Origin: Gemmatimonadaceae bacterium | GTDB lineage: Bacteria > Gemmatimonadota > Gemmatimonadetes > Gemmatimonadales > Gemmatimonadaceae | DNA length: 57,522 bases | Reading direction: 5' to 3' | Assembly: GCA_040902005.1 (NCBI GenBank) | Contig: JBBDYA010000134.1 | Location: 1 to 57,522, forward strand | Shown: piece by piece, positions 36,636-47,102 of the stretch | Position numbering within the stretch: the first letter of the stretch is position 1 | Layout: each line of letters begins with the position of its first letter | Notes under the pieces: generated by a model | Seen by the model: the letters and a program-made list of their open reading frames with translations, nothing else | The model's database searches: none | Told to the model about the DNA's origin: nothing | Made by a program: the position numbers and the translations under genes

Positions 36636-38271
36636 CCAACATTGTCTGGCGTGAGGTCTGCGTCGCAGTCGTATCGATCACTCTCGTCAACGGGCACACG
36701 AACGTCGTGCAAGGCCAGGGTCATCAGGCACACGCGACCGTCAGTGTTGACTTTCCGATCTCGTGCTCGCCGGGCGCCCAGGCCGAGTTCAATCGAGCGA
36801 TCGCCCTTTTGCATCACATGACCTATCCCCGCGCGCGAGAAGCGTTTCAGGAAGTGGCGCGGATCGACGCCACGTGTGCAATGGCATACTGGGGAGTTGC
36901 GATGACGCTGTTCCAGCCGTTGTGGCCGACGCGGCCCGGCTTGCCCGAGCGCCGCAAGGGTTGGGAGGCCGTGGAGAACGCCACACGTCTTTCGGCCGCC
37001 ACCGAGCGGGAACGCTTCCTGATCAACGCCGCGGCTGCCTTCTTCTCAGAGCCTGACTCGTCCGACTACTGGGAACGCATTCGCCGCTGGGAGCAGGCGA
37101 TGGCGAAAGCGTACACTGCGTTCCCGCGCGATCTCGAGATTGGGGCGTTCTACGCCCTGGCGCATCTCGCGTCGGCGCCGACACATGATGACTCGGTCGC
37201 GGCACACTCGGCCCGCGCAGCCGAATTGTTGCTCGAGGTCTACAGACAGAATCCTGCGCACCCGGGCGCCATGCACTACCTCGTGCATGCGAACGATGCT
37301 CCGGGCCGGGAGCGTCTGTCACTCGACGTGACGCGGACGTACGAGGCGAGCGCGCCGCGCAATCCGCACGCGCTGCACATGCCCACGCACATATACACGC
37401 GGCTCGGGGACTGGGGCGCAGTCGTTCGAGGCAACCTGCTCGCCGCGGAGGCCGCGCTCGAGCATCCGGCGGGCGACCGTGGCCAGTATGTGTGGGATGA
37501 GTTCCCCCACGCCATTGAGTATCTCGTCTATGCGTACCTGCAGCAGGGAGCGGATGACGAGGCGCTCGCGCAGCTGACGCGATTGCACGGGACACCACGC
37601 CTGGAGCCCACGTTCAAGACCGCTTTTCACCTCACGTCTACGCAGGCACGGTATACGCTGGAGCGGCGAGCGTGGCGCGAGGCAGCACTGTTGGTCCCGC
37701 GCGAAGCGTCCGGCCTCGACTGGGATCGTTCGCCTGGCCCGAAGCGGTGACATGGTTTGCCAAGGGCCTGGCGGCAGTTCGGGAGCGACGCATCGATGAG
37801 GCTCGTGTTCCGGTTGACCGGCTCGCCGCGCTTGGGGAAAAGGCCAGACGTGCAGGTGAGGACCTCTTCGCACGCAACATTCGCATTCTCGAACTCGAAG
37901 TACGCGCATGGCTCGCCTACGGCGAAGGGGACGAGGCGACGAGCCTGAACTTGATCCGCGACGCAGCGGAGCTCGAGAGCTCAACGCCGAAACACGCTCT
38001 CACTCCAGGTCCCACACTTCCGGCCCATGAGTTGTGGGGCGACCTGCTGATGGAGCAAGGGCGCGGCGCGGACGCGCTTGCGATGTATCGGACATCGTTG
38101 GAGCGGTACCCGAGGCGGTTCAACAGTCTGATCGGTGCCGCACGCGCTGCTGCCGCGACAGGAGATTCGGTGGCCGCGCGCAACTACTATCAGGAACTCT
38201 TGACGGTCGCGGCCGGTGCAGGACGTCAGGCCGAGTTGGAGGAGGCGCGCCGCTTCATCGGGTCGAGATGA
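36632..38271 (+). pseudogene. Secreted TPR-repeat protein split by a 1-nt deletion near 37729
   Basis: CAMAYWGVAM, HPGAMHYLVH, HALHMPTHIY; one extra T restores DWDRFAWPEA and joins ORFs 36632-37750 and 37672-38271. Confidence 0.8.
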
Positions 38272-38279
38272 GATAGCCG

Positions 38280-39011
38280 TTGTCGACGCCAGAGCGCGCT
38301 TCAATAACCACATGGAGCTCAACCTTGGGTGACGCATCGAAGAGGTACACGGAGGCAGAGTTCTCGTTGATCCTGTCGAAGGCAGCGGAGCTCGCCGGCT
38401 CCTCCAGGTCGGTAGGCCGCATCGAGGACGGCCTCACCCTCGAGGAGATCACATCGATCGCGGCTGAGGCTGGGCTGGATCCTGATTCGATCGCGCGCGC
38501 TGCTCGCCTCATCCCGGATGTAGGCCAGCGTTCCGTCCTGCGCCGCGTCATGGGCGGCGCTTTGCGTGTCCGACAGGATTTTGGCCTGCCGGGTGAGCTC
38601 ACCAATGAACGCGCTCAACGGATCGTGAATTCGGCCCGGACGACGATGCGGACCCATGGCGTTGGAGATGCCGGTTCCTCTGGCGTCTCGTGGTCTACAG
38701 GAGCAGCCGGCAATGTCTTCGTTTCCGCCCACGGTGAGGCTGCGGGGACTCGTGTACAAGTCACTGTCGATCACCGCAATTTGTTGATCCTGCCTGTCAT
38801 GCTCGGGACTTTCGGCGTGTTGGCGACCCTGTACACCGGGATCGCCGCTGGAGACAGCGGGTTTGTCAATCCGTACCTGGTCCTCGCGGGTGGCACGGGG
38901 ATTACCGCGGCCTTGGTGTGGTCAGTGGTGCGGCGAATTGCAGGCAAGGCCCGAGCGACGCTCGAAAGCCTCATTGACGCAATAGGCGAATCTCATGACG
39001 GGAACGTGTAG
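38280..39011 (+). CDS. Hypothetical membrane protein
   Basis: YTEAEFSLILSKAAEL...GLTLEEI--IAAEAGLD; two C-terminal TMs; start uncertain. Confidence 0.7.
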   Translation: MSTPERASITTWSSTLGDASKRYTEAEFSLILSKAAELAGSSRSVGRIEDGLTLEEITSIAAEAGLDPDSIARAARLIPDVGQRSVLRRVMGGALRVRQDFGLPGELTNERAQRIVNSARTTMRTHGVGDAGSSGVSWSTGAAGNVFVSAHGEAAGTRVQVTVDHRNLLILPVMLGTFGVLATLYTGIAAGDSGFVNPYLVLAGGTGITAALVWSVVRRIAGKARATLESLIDAIGESHDGNV

Positions 39012-39034
39012 GCTTCACCGATAAGGAGGCGTGA

Positions 39035-39145
39035 GTGGCTGATAAACGTCGGATCAGCGCAGATGAGGCGAGGCAGGTTGGTGCGACTCTCGGGCTGGAC
39101 TGGAAGAAGATCGATCTCGAGCAGTGGGCATCCAAGGGCGCCTGA
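39035..39145 (+). pseudogene. Truncated DUF5661-like fragment (36 aa)
   Basis: AAGGAGG RBS; MADKRRISADEARQVGATLGLDWKKIDLEQ then an unrelated tail and stop; not in the ORF track. Confidence 0.5.
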
Positions 39146-39241
39146 TGCGTTGTTGTTGCCTCGACGTTATACGCCCTTCTCGCGCTCCTGCTTCCTGCGT
39201 CGTGCGTCGTGCGTCGGGCGGGCGCTGAACGCCGGCGCGTA

Positions 39242-39700
39242 CTACGGCTTTTTTGTCGCGGTGATGCGGAAGCTCGCCGTATCGCCGTTGGCGTATCGCG
39301 AGGTCGCGATGCCAGTGAGCCTGCCGTCTTTCAGCCGCAGGACCATGCGTGTCGAAGTGACCTGCTGACCTGTGCGCACCTGACTCTTGAATGCGCCTGA
39401 CTCCGAAACCATGCTGTCGCCGGCGATCTGTCGGCTCGTCGAGATGACCTTCTCCCCTGACGGGAAGACCATGGACGTCCCCTCGCCGGTATCGGTGTTG
39501 TTCATGGTGAACCTCACAACGACCGTGTCCTGGTTCATGGGCATCCCCTCAGCCTCCCATGTGCCGCCGATGGCAGCGCCGGTCAGAGGCGCCTCCTCCG
39601 CGGGGGCAGCCGTGGCGGGGCTGTCGGTGGCGGGCATTTCCGACTTGCTGCACGCTGCGAGAATCAAGATGGAGAGGATGAGCGAGCGGCGGCGGCGCAT
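39242..39700 (-). CDS. Hypothetical lipoprotein
   Basis: MRRRRSLILSILILAAC lipobox. Confidence 0.75.
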   Translation of the reverse strand: MRRRRSLILSILILAACSKSEMPATDSPATAAPAEEAPLTGAAIGGTWEAEGMPMNQDTVVVRFTMNNTDTGEGTSMVFPSGEKVISTSRQIAGDSMVSESGAFKSQVRTGQQVTSTRMVLRLKDGRLTGIATSRYANGDTASFRITATKKP

Positions 39701-39842
39701 ACGAAGCTCCTGAGAGCGGTGGAAGGTGCGAGGAACCTCTAATAGGTTCGGCAAGGGCATGCGCCGCAAGGGTCCCGCGATAACGAGCTCGAGCAGGATG
39801 CCGGACCCGTCAGCGGGCGCGACCGCCATTCTCCACGCTGCT

Positions 39843-39869
39843 TTAGAAACGCGCGCTCATTGCCGATAC
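39843..39869 (+). promoter_or_regulatory. Possible sigma28 promoter upstream of the hybrid kinase
   Basis: TTAG-N15-GCCGATAC; strong -10, weak -35. Confidence 0.35.
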
Positions 39870-39941
39870 TTCATTAGAGCACGGAGCGGGTAGCGGGCCC
39901 GCCAGCAAGCGTCTCCCGCGCCCCCGTCTCCAACCCACGGT

Positions 39942-42119
39942 ATGCTCGCGACGCTGCGACGACTGAATATCCCCCCGCGCTTCGAATCCGAAGAGCGTAC
40001 GCAGCGCGCCCGGATGGTGCACGTGGTGGCCCTGTCCGCCATGACCATCGTCACGGCCCTGACGCTCGCGATGCTGGTGGCGCAGCCGGAACATCGCGTC
40101 CGCATGCTCGGCCTCGTGGCCTTCGTCCAGGCACTGGGACTCCTGGTGCTCGAGGCCAATCGCCGCGGCCGCGTCGTGCTCGCCGCCACCGGCATCGTCG
40201 CCGGAATCGTCGCGACCATCGCGGCGATGGCGCTGCCCGCTGGCGGCGTGCTCAGCCCCGGCGTATCGATGTACAGCGTTCTCGTGCTGATGGCGGGTAT
40301 CCTGCTGGGCGAGCGCGCCGGAGTGATCACCGCCATCGTGTGCGCGGCGATCGGGCTTGCGCTCGTGCTGCTCGACGCCACGGGTTACCTGCCGGCGCAA
40401 ACGGTGTTCTATCGTCCGGTAGCGCGATGGATCCTGTTCTGCGTCTACATGGCGATGGTGGTCGTGCTGCTGAAACTCGCCAACGAGGCGATCGGCGCCG
40501 CGATGCGCCGCGTGGAGACCGAGCTCCGCGAGCGCCGCGCCGCGCAGCACGAGCTCGCCACCAGCAACGCAGACCTGGCGAAGCGCGTGGAGGAACTGGG
40601 GCTGCTGCACGACGCGTCGCAACTGCTGCGCAACCGTTCGTTCGACCCGACCATCCTCGACGAGATCGTCCGGCTGATTCCGAGGGCCTGGCAGTATCCG
40701 GAGGTCTGCGCCGCGCGCATCACCTACGGCGACGTGGACGCGCGGTCCCCGGGCTTTCGCGACTCGCGCTGGCGCCAGACCGTGACCTTCGCGACGGCGG
40801 AGAGCGACGGCATCATCAGCATCGTGTACCTCGAGGAGCGGCCTCCCGCCGCCGAAGGGCCATTTTTGGCTGAGGAACGCAGCGTGCTGTTGTCGCTCGG
40901 TGACATGCTCGCGGCCTGGCTGGAGCGCGACGTCGCGGAGCGGCGGCGCAAGTCAGTGGAGGAGCAGCTGCGGCAGTCGCAGAAAATGGAAGCGCTCGGG
41001 ACGCTGGCCGGCGGGATCGCGCATGACTTCAACAACATCATCGGCGCGATTGTGGGACAGGCCGACCTTGGCAAGGCCGAAGCCGGTGCGCAGCACCAGT
41101 CGGCCAAAGCCTTCGACGCCATTCTCGCGGCCACGCGACGCGCGTCGGACATCGTCAACCGCATCCTGCTCTTCAGCCGCCGCCAGGAGGCCGAGCGCAA
41201 TGCGATGACGCTGCGATCGGTGGTCGAGGAGGCGGTCAAGCTGCTCCAGGGAAGCCTGCCGAGGAACGTTCAGGTACGCTCCTCCTTCAGCCCAGAGCTG
41301 CCGGAGATCTCCGGCGACGCGTCGCAGCTGTTTCAGGTCGTCATGAATCTCGCCACCAACGCAGCCCACGCGATGACGGCGGGGGGGGGAATCCTCACGA
41401 TCGCGGTCGACGCGATGGAGCTGAACGATACCGCGAGCATCCTGTCCGTGGACCTCGATCCGGGGCCGCATGTGCGGCTGACCGTGAGCGATACGGGAAC
41501 CGGCATGTCGCCGGAGACTCGCGACCGCCTGTTCGAGCCGTTCTTCACGACCAAGGGGCTCACGGGCACCGGGCTGGGCATGTCCGTGGTGCACGGCATC
41601 GTCAAGGATCACGAAGGCGCCATCACGGTGGACAGCACGGTCGGGACCGGAACGGTGGTGTCCGTGTACTTTCCCGTCGCACAGCCCACGCCGGCGCCGG
41701 CGCCGCAGCCTGCGGCGCCCGATTCCACGGAGACGCTGCATGGCAACGGCGAGCACGTGATGTACGTGGATGACGACGAAGCGATCGGCAGCATTCTCTC
41801 GCGCGTCATCAGACGGTACGGATACCGATGCTCGACGTACACCGATCCCCACGCGGCGCTGCGCGACTTTCGCGACAGCCCGCACAGCTTCGACGCCGTA
41901 CTCACCGACTTTGCGATGCCGACGATGACCGGCATCGTTCTGGCGCAGCAGCTCCGTGAGATCCACCCGGCGATTCCGATCGCGCTGGTGTCCGGATACG
42001 GCGTGGACGCCGACACGGCCGCGGCGGCGGGCATCGACCTCCGCATCGCCAAGCCAGTGTCGATCGAGGTGCTGGCGCGGGCGCTGCGCCAGATGCTCCA
42101 GGACGGCGTTCCCGCCTAG
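39942..42119 (+). CDS. Membrane hybrid sensor histidine kinase/response regulator
   Basis: TM region; GIAHDFNN, NLATNA, DTGTG, FFTTK, GTGLG; C-terminal REC (DDD, TDFAMP). Confidence 0.95.
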   Translation: MLATLRRLNIPPRFESEERTQRARMVHVVALSAMTIVTALTLAMLVAQPEHRVRMLGLVAFVQALGLLVLEANRRGRVVLAATGIVAGIVATIAAMALPAGGVLSPGVSMYSVLVLMAGILLGERAGVITAIVCAAIGLALVLLDATGYLPAQTVFYRPVARWILFCVYMAMVVVLLKLANEAIGAAMRRVETELRERRAAQHELATSNADLAKRVEELGLLHDASQLLRNRSFDPTILDEIVRLIPRAWQYPEVCAARITYGDVDARSPGFRDSRWRQTVTFATAESDGIISIVYLEERPPAAEGPFLAEERSVLLSLGDMLAAWLERDVAERRRKSVEEQLRQSQKMEALGTLAGGIAHDFNNIIGAIVGQADLGKAEAGAQHQSAKAFDAILAATRRASDIVNRILLFSRRQEAERNAMTLRSVVEEAVKLLQGSLPRNVQVRSSFSPELPEISGDASQLFQVVMNLATNAAHAMTAGGGILTIAVDAMELNDTASILSVDLDPGPHVRLTVSDTGTGMSPETRDRLFEPFFTTKGLTGTGLGMSVVHGIVKDHEGAITVDSTVGTGTVVSVYFPVAQPTPAPAPQPAAPDSTETLHGNGEHVMYVDDDEAIGSILSRVIRRYGYRCSTYTDPHAALRDFRDSPHSFDAVLTDFAMPTMTGIVLAQQLREIHPAIPIALVSGYGVDADTAAAAGIDLRIAKPVSIEVLARALRQMLQDGVPA

Positions 42120-42173
42120 GGAAGCTCCCTAGATTGCAGGTAACGTAGCCGCTCATCCTTCACCGATATCCTG

Positions 42174-42572
42174 ATGACAAAGGCAGATCGACTCCGCACG
42201 CATCCGAAGGACCGACTGAACGACGCCGTCCAGCGGATCTCTCTCACGGACGCCGCCGCGCGCCTGCGAGCCGAGCCGCACGAAGCGGTCGAGGGCCATC
42301 GACAGGTCGCGCTGGTGCGCCACGGGCCGGTGTCGCTGATCCTCTTCGTATTCGACCGAGACGGTATCCTGAAGGAGCACAGCACCGACGGCGAGGTGAC
42401 CATCCACGTGCTGACCGGACAGCTTTCCGTGGCGACTACCGACGGTGAGGTGCGGCTCGGACCCGGCGAACTCCTCTCGCTCGCTCCCGGGCAGGTGCAC
42501 TCGGTGCGTGCGCTCGAGTCGAGCGAAATGCTGCTGACCGTCTGTCGCGCCGCATCAGCTGGTGGAGACTGA
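42174..42572 (+). CDS. Cupin-domain protein
   Basis: LKEH...VTIHVLTG...PGQVHSVRA. Confidence 0.85.
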   Translation: MTKADRLRTHPKDRLNDAVQRISLTDAAARLRAEPHEAVEGHRQVALVRHGPVSLILFVFDRDGILKEHSTDGEVTIHVLTGQLSVATTDGEVRLGPGELLSLAPGQVHSVRALESSEMLLTVCRAASAGGD

Positions 42573-42580
42573 CACCGGCC

Positions 42581-43990
42581 TTACGGAAAGATTCCCCGTT
42601 CGGCGTAGGTGCGCGCGATCTTGTCGATGGCGCTGACATAGGCCGCGGTGCGCAGGTCCACGGCGTGCCGCTGGCGCACATCGCGCATCTCCTGGTACGC
42701 CTGGACCATCGCGTCCTCCAGCCCGGAGTTGACCAGGTCGCGCTCGCCCGCTCCGGCGCTCACCGTGCTCAGGACACCGGCGGGAAAGGCCTGTGACGTG
42801 AGGGCTTCGACTGCCTGGAGGATCCGACGGTTGCTGGACTCCTCGAAGCGCTTGCCCATGCGCCCGAATCGGACGTGCGAGAGGTTCTTGATCCACTCGA
42901 AGTAGGACACCGTCACGCCGCCCGCGTTGAGCCACAGGTCCGGCAGCAGCAGGACGTTGCGTTCCAGGAGCCGCTCGTTCGCGTCCGCGGTGACGGGGCC
43001 GTTCGCGCCCTCGGCGATGATCTTCGCGCGGACACGATCCACGTTCTCCACCGTGATCTGGCCCTCCAGCGCGCAGGGCGCGAGGATGTCGCAGGCGAGG
43101 TAGAGCGCTTCGTTCGACGACGCGAGGTTCGTCGCGCCGGGGAAGTCCAGCAGCGAGCCGGTCTCCGCGCGATGGGCAACGACGGCATCCACGTCCAGCC
43201 CTTTGGGATTGTGAATAGCGCCCTCGCGCTCCGCGAGGCCGATGATCACGGCGCCGCCTTCCCGGAGAAACTTCGCCGCGTGATAGCCCACGTTGCCCAG
43301 TCCCTGCACCACGACGGTCTTGCCGCTGAGGCCCGGCGTCAGGCCGAGCGCCACCATGTCCTCGGCGGCATCGCAGGCCTCGCGCACGCCGAAGTAGACG
43401 CCACGCCCGGTTGCCTCGAGCCGGCCGCGGATCCCTCCCTGCGAAAGCGGCTTTCCCGTGACGCACCCGAGTCCGTCGATCGCGTTGGGCTGGAGCGCGA
43501 CATACGTGTCCACGATCCACGCCATCTCGCGCGGACCGGTGCCGTAGTCCGGCGCGGGAACGTCCACCCCCGGCCCGATGAAGTTCTTGGTCGCCAGTTC
43601 GTAGGTATACCGCCGGGTGATCCGTTCCAGCTCGGCCTCGGAAAACTCGCTCGGATCGATCTTCACGGCCCCCTTGGCGCCGCCAAAGGGGACGTCCACG
43701 ATGGCGCACTTGTAGGTCATCAGCGCGGCGAGCGCGGTCACCTCGTCCTCGCTGGCGTGCGGCGCGTACCGGATGCCACCCTTGGTGGGCGACCGGTGCG
43801 TGCTGTGCTGGGCCCGCCAGCCGTGGATCACGCGAATCGTGCCGTCGTCGCGGCGCAGTGGAAACGCGATGTGGAACACGCTGTTGCAGTGCTTGATGTG
43901 CTCGAGCAATCCCTTGGGATGTTTCGTGTGCGGCGCCGCCTTGTCGAAGTAGCGGGCGACCTGCTCGAAGAACCGGATCTGCTGGGCCAT
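42581..43990 (-). CDS. gdhA: Glu/Leu/Phe/Val dehydrogenase (glutamate dehydrogenase)
   Basis: [52 protein letters not shown]. Confidence 0.9.
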   Translation of the reverse strand: MAQQIRFFEQVARYFDKAAPHTKHPKGLLEHIKHCNSVFHIAFPLRRDDGTIRVIHGWRAQHSTHRSPTKGGIRYAPHASEDEVTALAALMTYKCAIVDVPFGGAKGAVKIDPSEFSEAELERITRRYTYELATKNFIGPGVDVPAPDYGTGPREMAWIVDTYVALQPNAIDGLGCVTGKPLSQGGIRGRLEATGRGVYFGVREACDAAEDMVALGLTPGLSGKTVVVQGLGNVGYHAAKFLREGGAVIIGLAEREGAIHNPKGLDVDAVVAHRAETGSLLDFPGATNLASSNEALYLACDILAPCALEGQITVENVDRVRAKIIAEGANGPVTADANERLLERNVLLLPDLWLNAGGVTVSYFEWIKNLSHVRFGRMGKRFEESSNRRILQAVEALTSQAFPAGVLSTVSAGAGERDLVNSGLEDAMVQAYQEMRDVRQRHAVDLRTAAYVSAIDKIARTYAERGIFP

Positions 43991-44111
43991 GGCGTGGTCA
44001 GTGGTGGGAGGAACCCGTGCTACATGATGCCTTTCTGGAGGTATTCCGCAACCCGACGGCTCCTGGCGCGCCACCGTCGACGCGTCGCGGCGACGTGCTA
44101 TCTTGCAGGCT

Positions 44112-45269
44112 ATGCGACTGGCAGAGTACATACTGGCAAATCGCGCCGCGATCCTCGCCGAATGGGAAGCGTTCGCCGAATCGTGCGAGCCGGCCAGTGA
44201 CACGATGGACCTCAGGGCCCTGAGCGATCATGCGAGCGAAATGCTCACCGTGATCGCGAAGGATCTGGCCACCTATCAGGGCGAACACGCGCAAGCCGAA
44301 AAGTCGAAGGGCAATGCGCCCCAGCCGGACGACGCGAAGCGGACCGCCGCGGAAAAGCATGGCACGGGACGCGCCGAGAGCGGGTTCACGATCGACCAGA
44401 TGGTGGCCGAGTTTCGCGCACTCCGCGCGAGCGTCATCCGGCTGTGGACGAAGTCGTGCACCGAGATCACGCCAACCGATCTCGATGACCTGACCCGATT
44501 CAATGAAGCCATCGACCAGGCACTCGCCGAATCGGTCGTGCGGTTCACGCAGGATCTGGACGAATCGAAGGAGATGTTCCTGGGGATCCTGGGTCACGAC
44601 CTGCGATCGCCGATCGGCGCGGTGATGACGTCGGCCAAGTTCATGATCGAGACCGGGGACCTCAAGGAACCACACCTCACGCTCACGCAACGGATTGTCA
44701 GTGCCTCGATCCGGATGAATCACATGGTGGGCGCGCTGCTCGATTTCACCCGGAGCAGGCTTGGCGGGGGAATCCCGGTGGTGCCGGCGCCGGTGAATCT
44801 GGGCAAGGTGGTGCATGACGTGGTCGATGAACTGTCGGCCGCACACCCGACGCGAAAGATCACCATCGACGCGAGGGGTTCCCTGGACGGTGAATGGGAC
44901 TGCGAACGATTGACGCAGGCGGTCTCGAACCTGATCGGCAACGCACTGGAGCACGGCTCCGCCGGGACCACTGTCGGTGTCGTGGTGCAGGGTGACGACG
45001 AGAACATTGCCGTCGCGATACACAACCTGGGTCCGATCATTCCGAACCACGAGCTGGATGGGATCTTCCATGCCATGAAAGGACTGAAGGTGTCCGGCGG
45101 GAGATCGAGCGGTCCGCTGGGCAATCTCGGCCTGGGTCTGTACATCGCCGACCAGATCGTTCGGGCGCACCATGGGAAGATCGAAGTGGAGTCCTCGGAC
45201 GCGCAGGGTACGACATTCACGGTGCGCCTTCCACGCGCGGTTGCGGCTCCCGGTGGAGCGCCCCGCTAG
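44112..45269 (+). CDS. Cytoplasmic sensor histidine kinase with RsbRD-like N-terminus
   Basis: [39 protein letters not shown]. Confidence 0.9.
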   Translation: MRLAEYILANRAAILAEWEAFAESCEPASDTMDLRALSDHASEMLTVIAKDLATYQGEHAQAEKSKGNAPQPDDAKRTAAEKHGTGRAESGFTIDQMVAEFRALRASVIRLWTKSCTEITPTDLDDLTRFNEAIDQALAESVVRFTQDLDESKEMFLGILGHDLRSPIGAVMTSAKFMIETGDLKEPHLTLTQRIVSASIRMNHMVGALLDFTRSRLGGGIPVVPAPVNLGKVVHDVVDELSAAHPTRKITIDARGSLDGEWDCERLTQAVSNLIGNALEHGSAGTTVGVVVQGDDENIAVAIHNLGPIIPNHELDGIFHAMKGLKVSGGRSSGPLGNLGLGLYIADQIVRAHHGKIEVESSDAQGTTFTVRLPRAVAAPGGAPR

Positions 45270-45284
45270 ACTGCGGCCACCGAT

Positions 45285-45920
45285 ATGACCGACATTCCGA
45301 CCGAGCCCACTCCGCCGTCGCGCAATCCGTTGCGACGGCTGTACGACTGGATGCTGGCCTGGGCCCATCGCCCGAGCGGACCAGCGGCCCTTGGCGTGAT
45401 CTCCTTCGCCGAGTCGTCCTTTTTTCCGATTCCGCCTGACCCGCTGCTCATTGCGCTCGCCCTCGGACGTCCGAAGCGGGCGCTCTTCTTCGCCGCCATC
45501 TGCACGGTGGGCTCCGTGCTGGGCGGCATGTTCGGCTACTGGATTGGCCACGCGATCTGGGATGGGGTGAGCGGCTTCTTCTTCGCGCGGGTGCCCGGGG
45601 TGACGCCGCATTCCTTCGCCATGGTGCAGTCGCTGTACAACAAGTACGACTTCTGGGCGGTGTTCCTGGCGGGATTCACGCCGCTGCCGTACAAGGTGTT
45701 CACGCTCGCGTCGGGCGTGTTCGCCATCTCGTTCCCGATCTTCGTCATCGCCAGCACCATCTCGCGCGGCGCGCGCTTCTTCATCCTGGCCGGGCTCGTC
45801 CACTGGAAGGGCCCCGAGATCAAGGGATTCATCGATCGCCACTTCAACCGCCTGGCGTGGGCGTTCGCGGTGCTGTTGGTGGCCGGATTCGTCACCCTGA
45901 AGTACATCCGCGTGGAATGA
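45285..45920 (+). CDS. YqaA/DedA (VTT) family membrane protein
   Basis: SFAESSFFPIPPD, GFTPLPYKVFT, SRGARF. Confidence 0.9.
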   Translation: MTDIPTEPTPPSRNPLRRLYDWMLAWAHRPSGPAALGVISFAESSFFPIPPDPLLIALALGRPKRALFFAAICTVGSVLGGMFGYWIGHAIWDGVSGFFFARVPGVTPHSFAMVQSLYNKYDFWAVFLAGFTPLPYKVFTLASGVFAISFPIFVIASTISRGARFFILAGLVHWKGPEIKGFIDRHFNRLAWAFAVLLVAGFVTLKYIRVE

Positions 45921-45946
45921 CACAATGACACAATGAGGAATTGCGC

Positions 45947-46423
45947 ATGAGACATTCACCCGCGTTGCTGCTGGCGCTCCTGTGCGCCGCGGCGACTGGC
46001 TGCGATGGCGCTCGCGCCGACGCCACCCCTGAGCCCCCCCAGTTCCTCAACTCGGGGAAGGTGCTGCCCGCCACGTTGCCCTTCTCCGAGGCGGTGCGCG
46101 TCGGCAACACGCTGTACCTGTCGGGGCAGATCGGCATCACCCCGGGGGTGATGACGCTGGTGCCGGGCGGAATGGAGGCGGAGGCGCGCCAGACCATGGA
46201 GAACATCCGCGCGACGCTGACGGAGCACGGCTACGCGATGTCCAGCGTGGTGAAGTGCACGGTGATGCTGGCGGACATGCGCGACTGGCCCGCCTTCAAC
46301 GCCATCTATCAGACGTTCTTCACGCCACCCTACCCGGCCCGCAGCGCGCTGGGTGCCAGCGGGCTGGCGCTGGGCGCGCGCGTGGAAGTGGAGTGCATCG
46401 CGACGGGCCGCGGCGCGGGTTGA
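45947..46423 (+). CDS. RidA (YjgF/YER057c) family protein with signal peptide
   Basis: PFSEAV, LYLSGQIG, FN-IY--FF, PARS, VEVE. Confidence 0.9.
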   Translation: MRHSPALLLALLCAAATGCDGARADATPEPPQFLNSGKVLPATLPFSEAVRVGNTLYLSGQIGITPGVMTLVPGGMEAEARQTMENIRATLTEHGYAMSSVVKCTVMLADMRDWPAFNAIYQTFFTPPYPARSALGASGLALGARVEVECIATGRGAG

Positions 46424-46488
46424 CCGTTCGCGGCATGCCGCTCCGCTGCTCACGGTGACGATCAGGCAACCCGTACAAGGAGGCCAAG

Positions 46489-46950
46489 GTGGACGAGAAG
46501 GCGCTGTACACGACGTTCTGGACGAACGAGGCGAAGACCACCCGCAACGTGCTCGCCAGAATTCCAGAAGGATCGGACTACCGGCCGGACCCGAAGTCGC
46601 GCACCGCGCGGGAGATCGCGTGGCAGATCGTCTGCGAGGAGCAGATGATCATCCAGGCACTGGAGAGCGGCAAGGTGGAGTGGGCGCCGCCGCCGCTGCC
46701 AGCGACGATGAAGGAAGTGGTGGACGCGTACGAACGGCAGAGCAAGGAGATCATCGAGCGCTGGAAGGCGTTGCCCGCCGATCGCTGGAGCGGGAGCCTC
46801 GAGTTTTTCGGAAAGCAGCGTCCCGCGTCGCCCATGGCCTGGAGCTTTTTCTTCGACATCGTGCACCACCGCGGACAAATCACCACGTACCTGCGCCCGA
46901 TGGGGTCCACCGTGCCGCAGATCTACGGGCCGAGCGGGGACGAGCCGTAG
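46489..46950 (+). CDS. DinB-family protein
   Basis: YRPDPKS, HHRGQITTYLR-MG--VP-IYGPS; AAGGAGG RBS. Confidence 0.9.
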   Translation: MDEKALYTTFWTNEAKTTRNVLARIPEGSDYRPDPKSRTAREIAWQIVCEEQMIIQALESGKVEWAPPPLPATMKEVVDAYERQSKEIIERWKALPADRWSGSLEFFGKQRPASPMAWSFFFDIVHHRGQITTYLRPMGSTVPQIYGPSGDEP

Positions 46951-47102
46951 CTCTGAAAAAGGGCGAGCCCTCCGTGGTTTGCATCGACCGAACCGCCATG
47001 GAGAAGCAGCGGTGGCTTACCCGCCCCGGCGCCCCGCCGTACATTCCGCGAGTTTCCGCCGTTTCGGGCCCGCTGCTTTTTCTCCTGAATCCGATCCGTC
47101 CG

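Noticed and set aside
42116..42132. CTAGGGA-AGC-TCCCTAG small palindrome
   Set aside because: No U tract and too short to call as a terminator or operator.
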